Below are positions 22,986 to 35,361 of a DNA stretch of 64,000 bases, piece after piece. How positions within the stretch are numbered: position 1 is the first letter of the stretch; every line of letters begins with the position of its first letter. Below the pieces are notes generated by a model that worked only from the letters and a program-made list of their open reading frames with translations, made no database searches and was not told the DNA's origin. The translations under genes were made by a program, and so were the position numbers. The stretch is from Vicugna vicugna (Eukaryota). The stretch spans positions 372,001 through 436,000 of the forward strand of contig MU061092.1 of the NCBI GenBank assembly GCA_013265495.1, given 5' to 3'.

Positions 22986-25204
22986 ATGGGTGTTGAAAAA
23001 TGTTAGTTCACACCAACTAGAAGCAGTATGCCTCTTACTTCAGAATTTTTTGCTCTTCACTTAAAAAATCTTTAATGCAGATCTCTGCTTTCTAATTCCC
23101 TTGAATATGGATTGAAAGACACAGTTTATCCTTATGAGCCACATCATATCTGGACAGGTATGTAAGGATTTTTTTAAAAAAACCTAGGAATGTATTCGCT
23201 CTTGCTAAAGAACAGCTACAGCACGGCCCCCAGGTCAGAGCGCCAGCGGCGCAGAAATGTCCACTATCTGATTATTTTACAGGGAGTTTTGAAACCCAGG
23301 ACCATGAATGCTGAAAATCATGCTGTTCAGAATGAACTAAGACTGGTTTGTGTTTTTCATCGAGGGGGCCTGGGGGCTATGGTGTGGACTGATCTTCTCT
23401 CACACCAGTGGGGCTGAAGATTCCGAAGTGATGGCAAGTTTCTCTGATACTAAGAGTGATCTCCTACTTCGAGTCCACCCCTGCGATGGGCTAGGACCTC
23501 TTCAGGGCTCAGAGTGACTGGGGAGACGGAGCCAGGCATCCCCTCCAAGCGGCGTCCAGCGCCGGCACAACGGAGCAGCTCAAACAACGCTACAGGACCT
23601 TCTGCGCCACCCAGCACGGCCCAGCCACGCTGCGACACCAGCAACGAGCCTTAACAAGTGTTCCCAGATACCGAGTGCTGGCCGCCTGCTGGCCACGTCG
23701 AGTAAGCCCAAAGAGCACTAACACTTGTGAAATATGTCCGAACAGCTGGGAATTAACTTCTCAGAAGAAAACCAGCTGGAGAAAGGGGACAAGTAACTGG
23801 CACTCAGGACTCCTCGGAGACCTCTGGCAGCTGGAATCCCAGTCACCGGGAATTCCAAGAGCCGGAACTGTGGTCGCACGCGTCCCTGGGAGTTCTCAGC
23901 AGCAGACGAACTGCCGGGGTGGGGGTCGGCGCGGGCTGAGTATTGTGTGGAAGGTATCACTCAGCAGAGGAAAGGGAAAAATGCACCCCCACGGCTCATC
24001 TGAGGCCACTGGCAGCGGGACCCCCAAGAATCAAAACAATGATCTAAACTGTTCCCTTCGCATTTCTTGGTGGCAGATACAACAGTAGAGGTGGGGGGAC
24101 ACTGGGGTTCCCCAGATGTCACATTACCTCCTGTGATGGAGTCGTGAGCAGGACTCAACGGCGCCATGATTCAGAGGCTGAATCGATCTTTAAAAGTATG
24201 TTTCTAGGCACCTCCTAGGACTGAATTATGGAAATGCTGGCCGGTAGGCACCAAGATGTGTGCACCCTAATGCTGACTGCACACGCGTGGAGCAGCCAGC
24301 GGCGGGAAACCACCAGCAGGGGCTCGTTAAGCAAATGCGGTGCAACGTGTTTACTTGGGTCCGAGCGGCCGGTTGGCAGAACCGTGCAGGGGGTGCGTGC
24401 TGCCGTGGGAAAGCCTCCAAGCACGTCGGGCGAGAAACACAGGCAGCAGAACAGCACAGACACATTCACTTTCGGGGCTTAAACTGCGTGTGTGTAATAA
24501 CACACGCCCCCACCCGTGCGAGCACGCAGCTGAACCCCACGCGGCTGAACCCACGCGGCCGTCTCGGGGGGCCTGCAGGGGGTCTGCGGCGGGCGGGGGG
24601 CTGCACATCCTACGCCCGAGCTGGTGAAGACAGCGAGTAGTGAAAATAAATGAGTCATTACTTGAGAAAGCAATTTCTATGTGTGCTTGCTCATGTGACC
24701 CAGCGTTCAAGCAGCTCGAAGTATGATCCAGATTCGTGAGACATTTCTCACGTGACATTTTCTTCCAACCAAATGGCCAAAAATCTGTCCACCAAACATA
24801 TGATAAAAATAACGAATCATCACTGAAGATAAAAGCAAGTGTCAAACGTGAGAGATCAATGCATAAAAAATGTGGGCGGACCCGTGGCCACCACATGACA
24901 ACCTTCCTGAGGGGGGCTCGGGGGGACACAGAGGAGGGGGCCGACTCGTGGGGGCGGGGCGATGGGCGGCCTGGAGGGAGGGGCCCCGAGGGCTGGCTTG
25001 CAAGACAAGGGAAAAGGGAAATGAGTTCACTTACGCGTCTTGTATGATTGGCTAGGAAGGGTTATTACTGCTATTGTGAATGTGGGGAAGGTATAGACGT
25101 TTTTTCTGGGGGCACTTTTTCCAGGGGCTACCACAGTCTTCATATTTGACTTTTGTAAGCTGTTTCAGGCCCAGAGCAGACTGCGTGTCAGGCATCCAAC
25201 TTAC

Positions 25205-25249
25205 TTTCTCTCCCAGCGAACCTTTCTCACCGTCGAAGCCAGGGGCACC
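25205..25249 (-). CDS. COL4A2: COL4A2 exon 16 (45 nt): GAPGFDGEKGSLGEK
   Basis: Acceptor CACCCAG, donor AAA|GTAAGT. Confidence 0.95.
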
Positions 25250-25984
25250 CTGGGTGGAACAGAAAACAGAAGAGACAAGAGCTCAGAATACGCAGTGAAC
25301 ATTCCTGGAGGCTGCGTGACGCACCTGACGTGGACCAAAGTAAACACTTCGCTGTGAAGGCACAGGGCCCTCGGGAGCCTCCTTGAATTTTCTGGAGGAG
25401 GGGGTCACCCTAGCGTCACCCTCCTGTAGTGCACCACGTCCACCGCCTGCAGAAACGGTGCAGAAACGGGCGTGCACCCAGGCTCCCGGAGTCTCTGCTC
25501 CTGTTTTGGAGACTGCAACATGTCCTCTGAGCGGCAGTGGCCCCCAGAGAGTCACCATGAGGCCATTCTCTCTCTTCCTGGCGCCTGGCTCTCGCCCAGT
25601 TTCCAGCTCACCTGGGCTGGGTTTGGCGGCTGACCGAGTTCTGGCCGAGGGAGGGAGGCCTGCCCTCGGGCCCGGGAGTGACAGGTGGCCACGCCTCCGC
25701 AGGAGGAGGCACCCCCGCCGCTCGCCCCACCAGGCACATTTTTGTTGGACTTTTAGGGCAACAAGAAGTCAGCTTCTTGGAGACAGCCTGTGCTTTTGCT
25801 TCCACTGGGTAGTTCAGCTTAGCTGATACGGCAGAAGCGCTCTGAGATCTGTGCCGGCCCGCCAGGTGGAGGTGCGGTCCCGAGCACCCGGCCGCTGGCT
25901 GACAGTTGCGTGTCAGTCAGCGCAGGCTCTCGGGCGCAGCCAGCGGATCCCTGCAGTGCGGGACCCCAGCAGTGGGGGAAGCTG

Positions 25985-26200
25985 TGTGTGGGCGAGGAGG
26001 CGGGTGGGTGGAAAATCTAGGTGCAAACTCTCACGTATAAAATAAGCCACAAGGAGATACTGCCCAACACAGGGAATTGAGCCACAATTTTATAATGACT
26101 GTAAGTGGAGGGCAGCCTTTAAACCCCGTGAATCTCTATGTTGTACACCTGTAGCATATATTATTGTACATCAACTATACTTCCATACAAAAAATTTTTT
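25985..26200 (+). mobile_element. L1 3' UTR fragment
   Basis: TATAAAATAAGCCACAAGGAGATACTG...AACACAGGGAAT...CTATGTTGTACACCTG...GTACATCAACTATACTTC. Confidence 0.82.
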
Positions 26201-26260
26201 AAAACGTCTAAAAAACCAAAGCAATACAGAGCGAACAGCAGGCACTGCGGGCTGGCTCAC

Positions 26261-26311
26261 CCGTGCTCCTGAGAAGCCCACGACGCCTTCTTCCCCCTTC
26301 GAGGAGATGCC
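26261..26311 (-). CDS. COL4A2: COL4A2 exon 15 (51 nt): GISSKGEEGVVGFSGAR
   Basis: Acceptor CTCCTAG, donor CGG|GTGAGC. Confidence 0.96.
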
Positions 26312-26871
26312 CTAGGAGAGAACAGGGAGACCTGAGGATGCCCATGCCTCACGCTCCACCCACTCGGGGCTCTAGCCTCGGCGCCCTGGCCGCGGCCAGC
26401 CTGCCCCTGCATCTTTGGTCCACCTCTGCGCACGGCGGGTTGTGGCTGGGACCTCGGCGGTCCATCCACCCAGCACATCGCCTGTCGTCGTCACCGAGTG
26501 AGCGACTGGGGGAAGTGGGGCCACGCGGGCAGGCCCGACCCAGGTCAGGGAGGGCAGAGCAACCGCACGGCCGGAGCCCGCACGGACACCGCCCTCCCTC
26601 CTGCCCACCCCCCCAGCGCACATCTTCCTTAGGGTCATTTATGAACGACACAAGGTGTTGATTAGCTGGTGTCGACTCTGCAGAAAGAAGACATTCTAAA
26701 ACTGCCTTCTGAAAAATAGCGTAAGAAATAATAGTGCTTTCCTGCTGTAGACAAATGGGCTGGAAACCGAGGGTCCGTGGGTCGGTACCATCTGGGCCCA
26801 TTCCCACTGTGACAGGAGCACTCAGACACTGGGAGCCACCCAGAGAGAGCGGCATCTTCATCCTGACTTAC

Positions 26872-26907
26872 CTTTCCTCCTGGCTCCCCCTCGCTTCCTT
26901 TTTCGCC
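26872..26907 (-). CDS. COL4A2: COL4A2 exon 14 (36 nt): GEKGSEGEPGGK
   Basis: Acceptor TTTACAG, donor AAG|GTAAGT. Confidence 0.96.
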
Positions 26908-28059
26908 CTGTAAAGAACATAAACAAGGAATGCTCGTTAATTAAGAACAGTAACACTTAAAGGGCATCAGAGTTTGAATTGTCTTCCTTAAACCCTGGAA
27001 ACGATGGTTAGAAATGAGCTGTAGCACGACTCCCGAACTTCGCAGCTTCAACATTCAAGGGGAACAAGGGGCTACTTCTCCTGGATTTTCCCACATAAAT
27101 GAAATCACGTGTTAGTCGGTCTCTCTCCCATCTGTGCGGTTTCCTTCTGCACCCACAGCGGCAGGCAGCAAGGCCAGGGAGACCCCCAGTGATGGTGTCC
27201 GTTTGAGGGAGAGCTCTTATCAGGAGGGTCCTCGGAGGAAGCAGCCCCTTTGGGATGTGTTAAAACCCTGAGCAGAAGTGGCCTTAGAAAGCAAGGTCAG
27301 TCCTACACGGTCGATGTCTCCCTCTTCTTTTGGTCTAAAACGAGGAAAGAAATAGTGCCGGGCAGGGTCCTTCCCCCCATCAGTCCTAGGCCAGCACCTG
27401 GACACGTAACCGCCTCCTCTGGCCCCGCCCAGCCGCCTCCCAGGTCACTTTTGTGAGTGGCCGCGTTGCTCGTAACAGCCGAACAGCCGCAGCTGCTGGG
27501 CTGACTTCCCCGTGGCCGTGGTCCCGCCTGCCCTGCCTGCTCCCATGCGCGACCCAGCTTCCTGACAGACGCCCGAGAGATGGGAACCACCTTCCACGTT
27601 CGGGGTTTTCACTTGGGTTCCCACGACCTCGCAGGAGCGTTCCGCCCCTGTGTCCGCTCCGCCGCTCCGCGAGGTCAGTGCAACCCGAGGTCAGGGCTGC
27701 AACCTTCGTTCATCACAAGCAGACTCAGGCTCAGGAAGGGCAAGTGGGCTGTGTGAGCCAGTGAGCGGTAGAGCAGGGTGTTAATTTTTGTGGACTCCAA
27801 GAATATGCTTTTAATCAAACAAAACATTAATAGAAATGGTAAGAATCAGAAAGCTGACTTCAATCCAAAAAGCCCACCACAGTGGTCCGCGTCAGCGAAG
27901 AGTGAAAAGTAGGTTTTATTTTGCCGAATACATTTGGTTCCCACAGTCCACATCGCGGTGTTGACCTGCGCCCCGACCGCCAACCTAGGTCTACGCTAGA
28001 GACTTTGGATGGTTCGAGATTTTTTTATACTCAGTTTAGTTTTTGGAGCAGTGTTTTCA

Positions 28060-28153
28060 AAAAGTTTTGTTTCATGTTTAATGGGAGTATTGGGGAATGA
28101 ACCTAGGACCTTGTCCACGCTGAGCACGTGCTCTGCCCTTGAGCTATACCCCG
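28060..28153 (-). mobile_element. tRNA-Ala-derived SINE (vic-1 type), more diverged
   Basis: Minus strand GGGGTATAGCTCAAGGGCAGAGCACGTGCTCAGCGTGGACAAGGTCCTAGGTTCATTCCCCAATACTCCCATTAAAC. Confidence 0.82.
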
Positions 28154-28413
28154 ATCTCCTGGATTTGAAATTTCTTAAAATGGATTCTTGTGTCGTTTCA
28201 AATTCATCACAATTATTTACAACGACGGACGGATACACCTATGGGACCGTGAGCAGTGTTTTCATGTGTACTCTGCCAATTTGTCAGCGAGGGCTTTCCC
28301 ACTTTGAACGTGATTGTTTCTGTAAGATCAAAGAATGTTACCGTTTTTCCTTCTTCTTTTTTTTTTTTTTCTATTTCAACTGGGAATAAGCCATTTTGCT
28401 GAAGCCCCTTTAC

Positions 28414-28512
28414 CTTATACTGATCTAGGTGGATCGTCTCCTTCGTGGGCCCAATGATGGCACGTTGGTTGTCTGACGGAATCCCGTTGGGTCCCGGCTG
28501 TCCCATGTCACC
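28414..28512 (-). CDS. COL4A2: COL4A2 exon 13 (99 nt): [33 protein letters not shown]
   Basis: Acceptor TTCACAG, donor AAG|GTAAAG; contains a helix interruption. Confidence 0.96.
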
Positions 28513-29376
28513 CTGTGAATGGTTTAGCAAAGCAGCCTCGTCTTTAAATTGAGGAGACGCGATCGAGGTTGAAAACAAGCATGCTCCACCACAAATTGCT
28601 GGCTTCATCCTTGCATGTTACTTATTACACGGAAACCAATTTCACGGCATTATAGTCACAATGTAGTGTAAAAATCACTTATAAAATAAAACGGTCATAA
28701 TGCAAAATTGATTCCTACTTGCATTAATAATCACTTAGAATGTATGCATACAAGCTGCTTAGGCGGTTCACAGTTTGGGAATGCGCTGGCTTCCGCGGAA
28801 TTACCACCTCACCGTGAATTTCTACACAAGGAAATTCTTAGGCCTGGAGGCTACATGTCCTGGTGGTTTCTGCTGTGGACTCACTGATTTAAGATTGGTC
28901 CTGAGACACAAGAAACGCCTAAGAAATGGAAGACCACTCCATTCCACCACTACTCTTCCAGATACGTTTTTTTTAAATCTATAATAAAGAGCAGCAGCTT
29001 TCATAAACAGCATCTCAGGGGCGCTTTCATTTGCACTGTTATCAGCACAGAGAGATGCTTTTTCACACGGTAAACAGGTGGGAAGCCCCTGATCTGCAGG
29101 AGTGTCCGTGACCCTGACCGCTGCTCCTCAGTCACCGCTGGATACCAGATGTCAGAGGACGCCACGGAGAAACGCCTCGGCTTCCCGGGCGCTGAGGACG
29201 CCGACGCCGCGTCTCCGTCTGGGGTCGGGGGCCTTTACCGTCCTGCTGACCACAGCCTTCTGACTGCACAGCGGCTGTTCCTAGGGAGGTGGTCTGCAGA
29301 GCGCCCCAGGTGACGGCACAGAACGCAGCCGTTGAAACGGTCTGCTTCCTAATCCAGCCCGCGAAGCTTCCCTTAC

Positions 29377-29418
29377 CTTTTCACCTTTTTCTCCGTAGAA
29401 ACCAAGTCCCCTGTTGCC
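29377..29418 (-). CDS. COL4A2: COL4A2 exon 12 (42 nt): GNRGLGFYGEKGEK
   Basis: Acceptor CTTGCAG, donor AAG|GTAAGG. Confidence 0.97.
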
Positions 29419-29836
29419 CTGCAAGACAAACGGTTTCTGTAAGGTTTAAAAAGTCCACAATCACAGTGAAATAGAAGTAGTGATTTTTTTTTTTAGAAAA
29501 AGGCAACTAAGACCTATGTGTTTGCAACATTTCTGGACAACGGTCCTTGCACCGTATTCTGGCTTCAGCTCCCGGGAAGTAAGCGACACAGAAAGAAAAT
29601 GACTGGCCTTTCTTTGGCTATTTCCACACACAAACTCAAACAAACGTGTGAGCCCGCGTTGCACACGGTACGAACAGGAGCAAGCTGAGATGCCGCGCCA
29701 GCTGCAGAACGTGGCCCTTCCTGCTGTATTCTGAGCGTTCACTGAGACTCAGCCTTAAAGGATGGAAACTCTGGGGTTCAAAAAGCGATATAACTCGTCT
29801 TTTAACACAGTTGTGCCTTGAAGAAATTTGTATTTT

Positions 29837-29951
29837 ATTTTTCCTTTTTGGGGGGGAGCAATCAAGTTATTTATTTATTTTTAACAGAGGTACTGGGGAT
29901 TGAACCCAGGACCTCGTGCGTGCCAAGCACCACTGAGCTATCCCCTCCCCC
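29837..29951 (-). mobile_element. tRNA-Ala-derived SINE (vic-1 type) with full tail and target-site duplication
   Basis: Head GGGGGAGGGGATAGCTCAGTGG...GGTTCAATCCCCAGTACCTC, tail AAATAAATAA...CTCCCCCCCAAAAAGG; flanks AAATTTGTATTTT (29824-29836) and AAATCTGTATTTT (29953-29965). Confidence 0.9.
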
Positions 29952-32014
29952 AAAATCTGTATTTTAAACTCAAAACAAAACCTCAAAAATAGTGGGCTGA
30001 GAGCAGATATTCTGTCTCCCCGGGGAACACTCTGTCATTTGCTTTTTGGAATCTATTTTATCGCTCAACCCTCCTGATGACCAGGAAGTTGACACTGCTG
30101 GTTCCACACTGGCAGGCTGGGCTGCGAGAAGCCAGGGCCCGGCCAACGGCTGGGCTCCCTCTTCATCCTGGCACCACACGGCGGGTCTGGGCACCGCAGA
30201 CAGTGCAGGTGTCCACCCCTGGACCGAAGCCCCTTAACTCAGAAGCGGTGGAGACCAGGTCTGACCCAGGTCTCCCGGAGCCTTCGTCGCTCTTACGTCA
30301 GCTCTAGACAGCAAAGGCTCAGAGCATTTCCTTGGGTTCCGGCCCCTTTGGACTCAGAAAGCAGCCTTTTCCCGCCTTGGGTCCCATCTTTAAAGACCAT
30401 GATTCATTCTCTCCTCTGCCTCAGACCTTCTCAGTTTGGTGAGATAACCCTACTTCCACAGAAACATATCCCATCCTTTCAGTGATTTGGATTTACCCAA
30501 ATTTTCATCTTTTTTGCTTAAGAGTTTGCAAAGCGAGGTTGGCGACCCAGCAAGTATTTGATCGTTTCACGAGGGGAGCTGCCACGTGCAGGAGGGTTGC
30601 GCGAGGACACAGCGTCTGAAGTCCACGCAGACGGCCATGCAACAGACCCACGCGCATCACAGGAAGCCCTCCGCTCTCTGACTTCCCGATGGCTCTGCTC
30701 CCTTCCCAGGGACCTTACATTTCCGTCGTGACAAAGGCTCCTGCAAGGCCCTGTCTGATCTCTCTCTGCCCCATGCTGTACACCCCCCTCCAATGCCCAG
30801 AGTTTCTGAAGATGAAAACCAAGCCTTTAATTAATTTTGGCTTTTGCTTTGTTTCTTTCCCACCTGGCTGGGAGCAGGAATCAAAGCACAGAAACACAGC
30901 CAGGCTCGAGGAGAATGCCATTGGCCTGGGCCCCCGCGGTCCCCCTGCCTCGTGAGCTGATGTCCGAGTCTCCAGGAAGTGACACAGTGGAGGGTGAGGG
31001 CTGTTTGTGCTGCAGCCAAGCGGGGATCTGAGGTGACCTTGGGGCTCGGCTGCCCTGTCCGACATCCGCTCCTCTTGGCTCAGGGCTGTTCCCAGCCTGC
31101 TCCAGGCTGCTAGACAGTGGGGAGCCAGGCAGGGGGGTGGGGTGGGGGTGGGCAGCATCCTTAATGAGCTCCAGCCGCAGCCGGAAGCCAGGTCAGAGGT
31201 GGTGGGAGCTGGGGCCTGGGGTGGTGACAGCTGAGGTCCCCAGGGGGTCAAAGAGATGGGGTTTCCACGGGGCAGGCATGGGAATGGCAGGCTAGGAGTC
31301 GTCCTGGGCCACATGCAGGCCATGGAATGTCTTAAACATTCATAATGGTGGCCCCGTATTTCTGACTCATGTTGAGTTTTGACCAAATACTTCCCTCGCC
31401 AACCTCCTACTGTTTGTCCTGGACACTTACCCAACTTCCCTGGGTCACATTAAACCCTAATTCCGCCTCCATGCTCCTAACAAGCCGCCCCTTTTGCTGT
31501 GCTTCAGCCAGCTGAGTCATCTTTCTCTGATGAAAACAGTACAGCTCGGGCCCCAGACTGGCTTGAAGCTCACTGACTCCATCCCGAGAGGCGGACATCA
31601 CACTCTGGCAGGCTCTCCCTGCACCCAGGCACGAAGGCCATCGGCTGCCCCACACCTGCAGCGACGCCTTGTCCGTTCCGTAAACCAGCACCTGCGGGTC
31701 GTGAGCACGCGCTGCCCCGAGCTCGGCCTGGCCTACGTGTCTAGTCAAACCCTCATCAGCTGGCTCTTCACGGAGCTGCAGGAACGCTACGCAACGTGCG
31801 AACAAGTCACTCCACATACCCGCCCACTAGTGGCCGTCCAGGGGCACTGCTGGAGTTGTCCTTGGCATTTATAACATGAAGCCTTAAAACCTACAGAACG
31901 GTCCTCATCATGAGATAAACGACACACAGTTGTCAGCCAAGCAGCCCCACGGCCAAGGAGGGCGCTCACAAGCACGCGGCCCTCTTCCCTCCCCTCCCCC
32001 AACAACCGACTTAC

Positions 32015-32050
32015 TGGCTGTCCTTTCGGTCCAGGGGGTCCAGGCGGGCC
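32015..32050 (-). CDS. COL4A2: COL4A2 exon 11 (36 nt): [12 protein letters not shown]
   Basis: Acceptor TGCGCAG, donor CCA|GTAAGT. Confidence 0.96.
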
Positions 32051-33884
32051 CTGCGCAAATACAAAGAAGCGTGTAAACTGTTTCCTTTATCCCAGGACCC
32101 AGATCCCATCTGCTAGAACGCTCTGGGGAAGCCAGCCGCTGTACACTGAGAACACCGGGCAGTCACTGTAGGGGTTTCTGATGCATTTGTCTCGGCGGGG
32201 AGGAGAGGCTGGTGGGGCGAGGACTGGGGTCAGGCCCAGCTCTCAGGCCTCGCCGGCGGTCCACGCACAGCTGTTTCTGCTTTGCTTTTCTGAGCTGAGG
32301 CCTCTGATTTGACCCGTGTCCTATTGTGTTTGCTTTGCACGTTCCCAGGACCCATTGCTGCAATGACTGCTGCTCCTGGCCTCCTCTGTGGTCCCCCACG
32401 GGGCGCCTTCTGACACTTTTTACTGGTGGGTCGGCAAACATTCATGGACAGAAATCGGTCTACAGGCCAATACGCAGGGCTGAATGTCCACCTGCAAATA
32501 TCAGCCCATGTCTTTCTGCTAAGCATTCAGCGTCAACACCATACACAGGATAGAAGTGTTAAAAATGCTTTAGAAGAGCAATCTGTGTTGACTTACAAAT
32601 GAGTGGACAGGGCAGGGGCTGTGGGAGGTCTCCTGGTTCATATGAAGACCCTGAAGCTGTCACATCAGCTGAGGACCCTGCGGGTACAATCTGCTGTTCC
32701 GTATTTCCCTAAATTGTGTACTTAAAGTGCAACGCCCCCATCCCTGTAGCGTGTGAGCTGTGAGTGAGCTGGCGGCCACGTGGTGCAGGAGCGCAAGGAG
32801 CACGCCATCACACGGGCCTCCCTTCACGGCGTTTGGCCAGATCTCTCACAGCCAGAGGGCCGCTGGGAAGAATGACTTCCACGGGCCCAGGGACAAATGC
32901 TTTGTAGAAACACGGTCAGTTACGATTGTTATATAGTTACTGACAGTGCGAAGGAAGCGCGTGAGCCTCCCGCCCCAGCTGCTGGTGTGACTGCGCCTCC
33001 CCAGACACGCTGCCCCCCCCCGCTTCTCAGTTTCTGTGGAGAAGCCGGCAGCGCAGCCTCCGTCGAGAGCCGCCTCAACCGTGAGCAGTGGTTTTCTCGG
33101 GGGAGGGCTCCTCCCCCGGAGCCAAAAGCTCCCATCGAGTAATTCAAGGCCAGTTTGCCTTGCTAATAAAAACTGACGGCAATGAGAGAGTCAGAGTTTG
33201 GGGAAGTCAATTCATCTTCGGTCCCTTGTGTTGGGGGGCGGGGGCCCATGGCTGCCCGGGTCCTGGCGGCTCTGTTCCTCCCCTCCCCTCCCTGCAGCAA
33301 GTCCTCCTTCATCTAAGCATTTGACCTGTCCCACTTCACTCTATTATTTGATTTGCAGGAGGAGGGAACACCTGTGGATGGCCACTCAGGTGGGGCACTA
33401 GGGCCACTTTGTTTATTGCTGACCAATATCTCGCCGATGATGGCCATGTCCAGGTGCAGGGTACTTGCTCTAATGGCCGTGCCGGGTGTGGTGCACCTGC
33501 TTGAATGGCCATGTCCAGCAGAGTCATTTCCTCCTTATCAATCTGTTGGACTCGGTCTGCTTTGCCAGGAATGAGCCCTTGTCAGCTGGTTAGGTGTGGG
33601 GCTGGGAGAGCCTGTGCATGACTAGGAGGGCACCCAGCCAACCCCAGGTCAGATCTGACCTAGTTGGCAATGATCTGGCGACCACACGTTCTGGGTCCTC
33701 ACTCTTCCGCCTCGATGGCAGCAATGTGTGCAAAGGGCAAAGAGCGTGCCGTACGTTTTCTCTGGTGACCGCCAGCGTCAGAGTTGCATCGTGAGGTGGT
33801 CACCAGCACCTGCAGCTAAAGGAGCTGCCTCTCTGGAGAATGTCTTGACAACGTCAAGGACGAACACATGAGCCCTGTACTTAC

Positions 33885-33947
33885 TGGTCTTCCTGGAGCT
33901 CCAACCGGACCCATCTGCCCCACAGGCCCAGGGCGGCCAGGGGGCCC
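33885..33947 (-). CDS. COL4A2: COL4A2 exon 10 (63 nt): [21 protein letters not shown]
   Basis: Acceptor GTCCTAG, donor CCA|GTAAGT. Confidence 0.97.
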
Positions 33948-34052
33948 CTAGGACAGGCAACCAGAGACGGCTGTTAGCAGAGGCAGGCGGTGCTTGGGGT
34001 CCTGATTCTTACAGTTCCGCTTGGACTCTTCTCTGATGAAAACAACGCTTAC

Positions 34053-34088
34053 CTGGAAACCGACCAGTCCGGGCTCTCCAGGTTCCCC
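34053..34088 (-). CDS. COL4A2: COL4A2 exon 9 (36 nt): GEPGEPGLVGFQ
   Basis: Acceptor CAATTAG, donor CAG|GTAAGC. Confidence 0.96.
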
Positions 34089-34424
34089 CTAATTGAGAAG
34101 AAATAATCTTAAGAGTTCTAGCTTTTAAGCATCATCAGATTTAGTTACATTTTATTCCAGTGTTGGAAATAAGTGTGTAAAGTGCATCCGCCTTCCCAGG
34201 ACTCGGCCGTGTAATCCCCCAGGTGTCTGGAGTGTCGGGGATGTGGGAAAAGCCGCACCCACAGTGAGTGTAAGATCGAAATCAGCCTGAAGGGCACCGT
34301 CGTGATTTTATTCCACCGCCCTCTGCCCCCCCACCCCGAGTTCACCTGCAAGTTAACCTCGATGATGGGGAATTGACACTGGGATGCGCGGCCACGCCCC
34401 CACCCCTCCCGGCGTAAGACTTAC

Positions 34425-34496
34425 CCTGTATTTGTCACGGTCCTCCCTGGACAGGGCGTAGGGTTCGCCTTTCTGACCTTTGGGTCCTTGGGGCCC
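34425..34496 (-). CDS. COL4A2: COL4A2 exon 8 (72 nt): [24 protein letters not shown]
   Basis: Acceptor AATCTAG, donor AGG|GTAAGT. Confidence 0.97.
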
Positions 34497-34912
34497 CTAG
34501 ATTAGCACAAAAATCATAGGAAGAAGAAATGAAAAAAGATCCGTTAGCGTTCAGAGCAGCGATGGTAATTTGAAGGGTTACTTGTTCCTTTTACAAGCAA
34601 GGTCTGGCTGTTCTCATGGCTTTGCTGGGTCACTCCGATCATCAGTGTGCCTTCAACTGCCAAGGTCGGGCTTTCGTGCTCACCCAGCCGCATCTTTCTT
34701 TGAGGTTAAAATGGAAATACAGGGTTTACGTTACTTTCAAAACCCAAGTGAACGTTCAGTAAACAAATCCTTTCCTCTGCCAGCCTGTTCCTTCTCTTTG
34801 TAATAATACCACTCTGTGTTTCCTTTGGCATTTGTGGACTGAAGATGTCAACACATTCACTCTGAGCACCATTCGTAGGAGAGGTCCTGCATCACCCTTT
34901 AAAAGTGGAATT

Positions 34913-35146
34913 GGGGTGGGAAGGGATAAATTTGGGAGTCTAGATTTGCAAATGTTAACCACTATATATAAAAACATAAAAAACAAAGTATCTTCTGTAT
35001 AGCACGGGGAGCTCTATTCGATATCTTGTAGTAACTTTAAATGGAAAAGAATATGAAAACAAATATACGTATATACATGCATGGCTGGGACATTACACTG
35101 TGCACCAGAAACTGACACGTTGTAACTGACAGTACTTCCATTAAAA
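34913..35146 (+). mobile_element. Short L1 3' UTR insertion with 12-bp target-site duplication
   Basis: L1 3' end (GTATAGCACGGGG...GCACCAGAAACTGACAC...CTTCCATTAAAA); AAAAGTGGAATT (34901-34912, after TTT, an L1 endonuclease-type site) and AAAAGTGTAATT (35147-35158). Confidence 0.88.
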
Positions 35147-35361
35147 AAAAGTGTAATTTTGTTAAATACACACAAAACGTGTGTACAAACATCTTTTAAT
35201 ACTTACATATGAAACCAAATTTTAAGGTGGTAGATGTATTTACTGACAGCGAAACCTATGGTATTAGAATAGTCTAGAACACACTGTAGCTCACTGAGAA
35301 GTTGAATCACATGAAAAAGAAACGTCCAGTAAAGGAGCTAGAAGACAGAGGTGTGAGTGCA

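Noticed and set aside
24650-24658. Isolated AP-1 palindrome ATGAGTCAT; also near-CArG sequences at 7639 and 41814
   Set aside because: Single short motifs with no supporting cluster; the CArG-like sites do not fit CC(A/T)6GG
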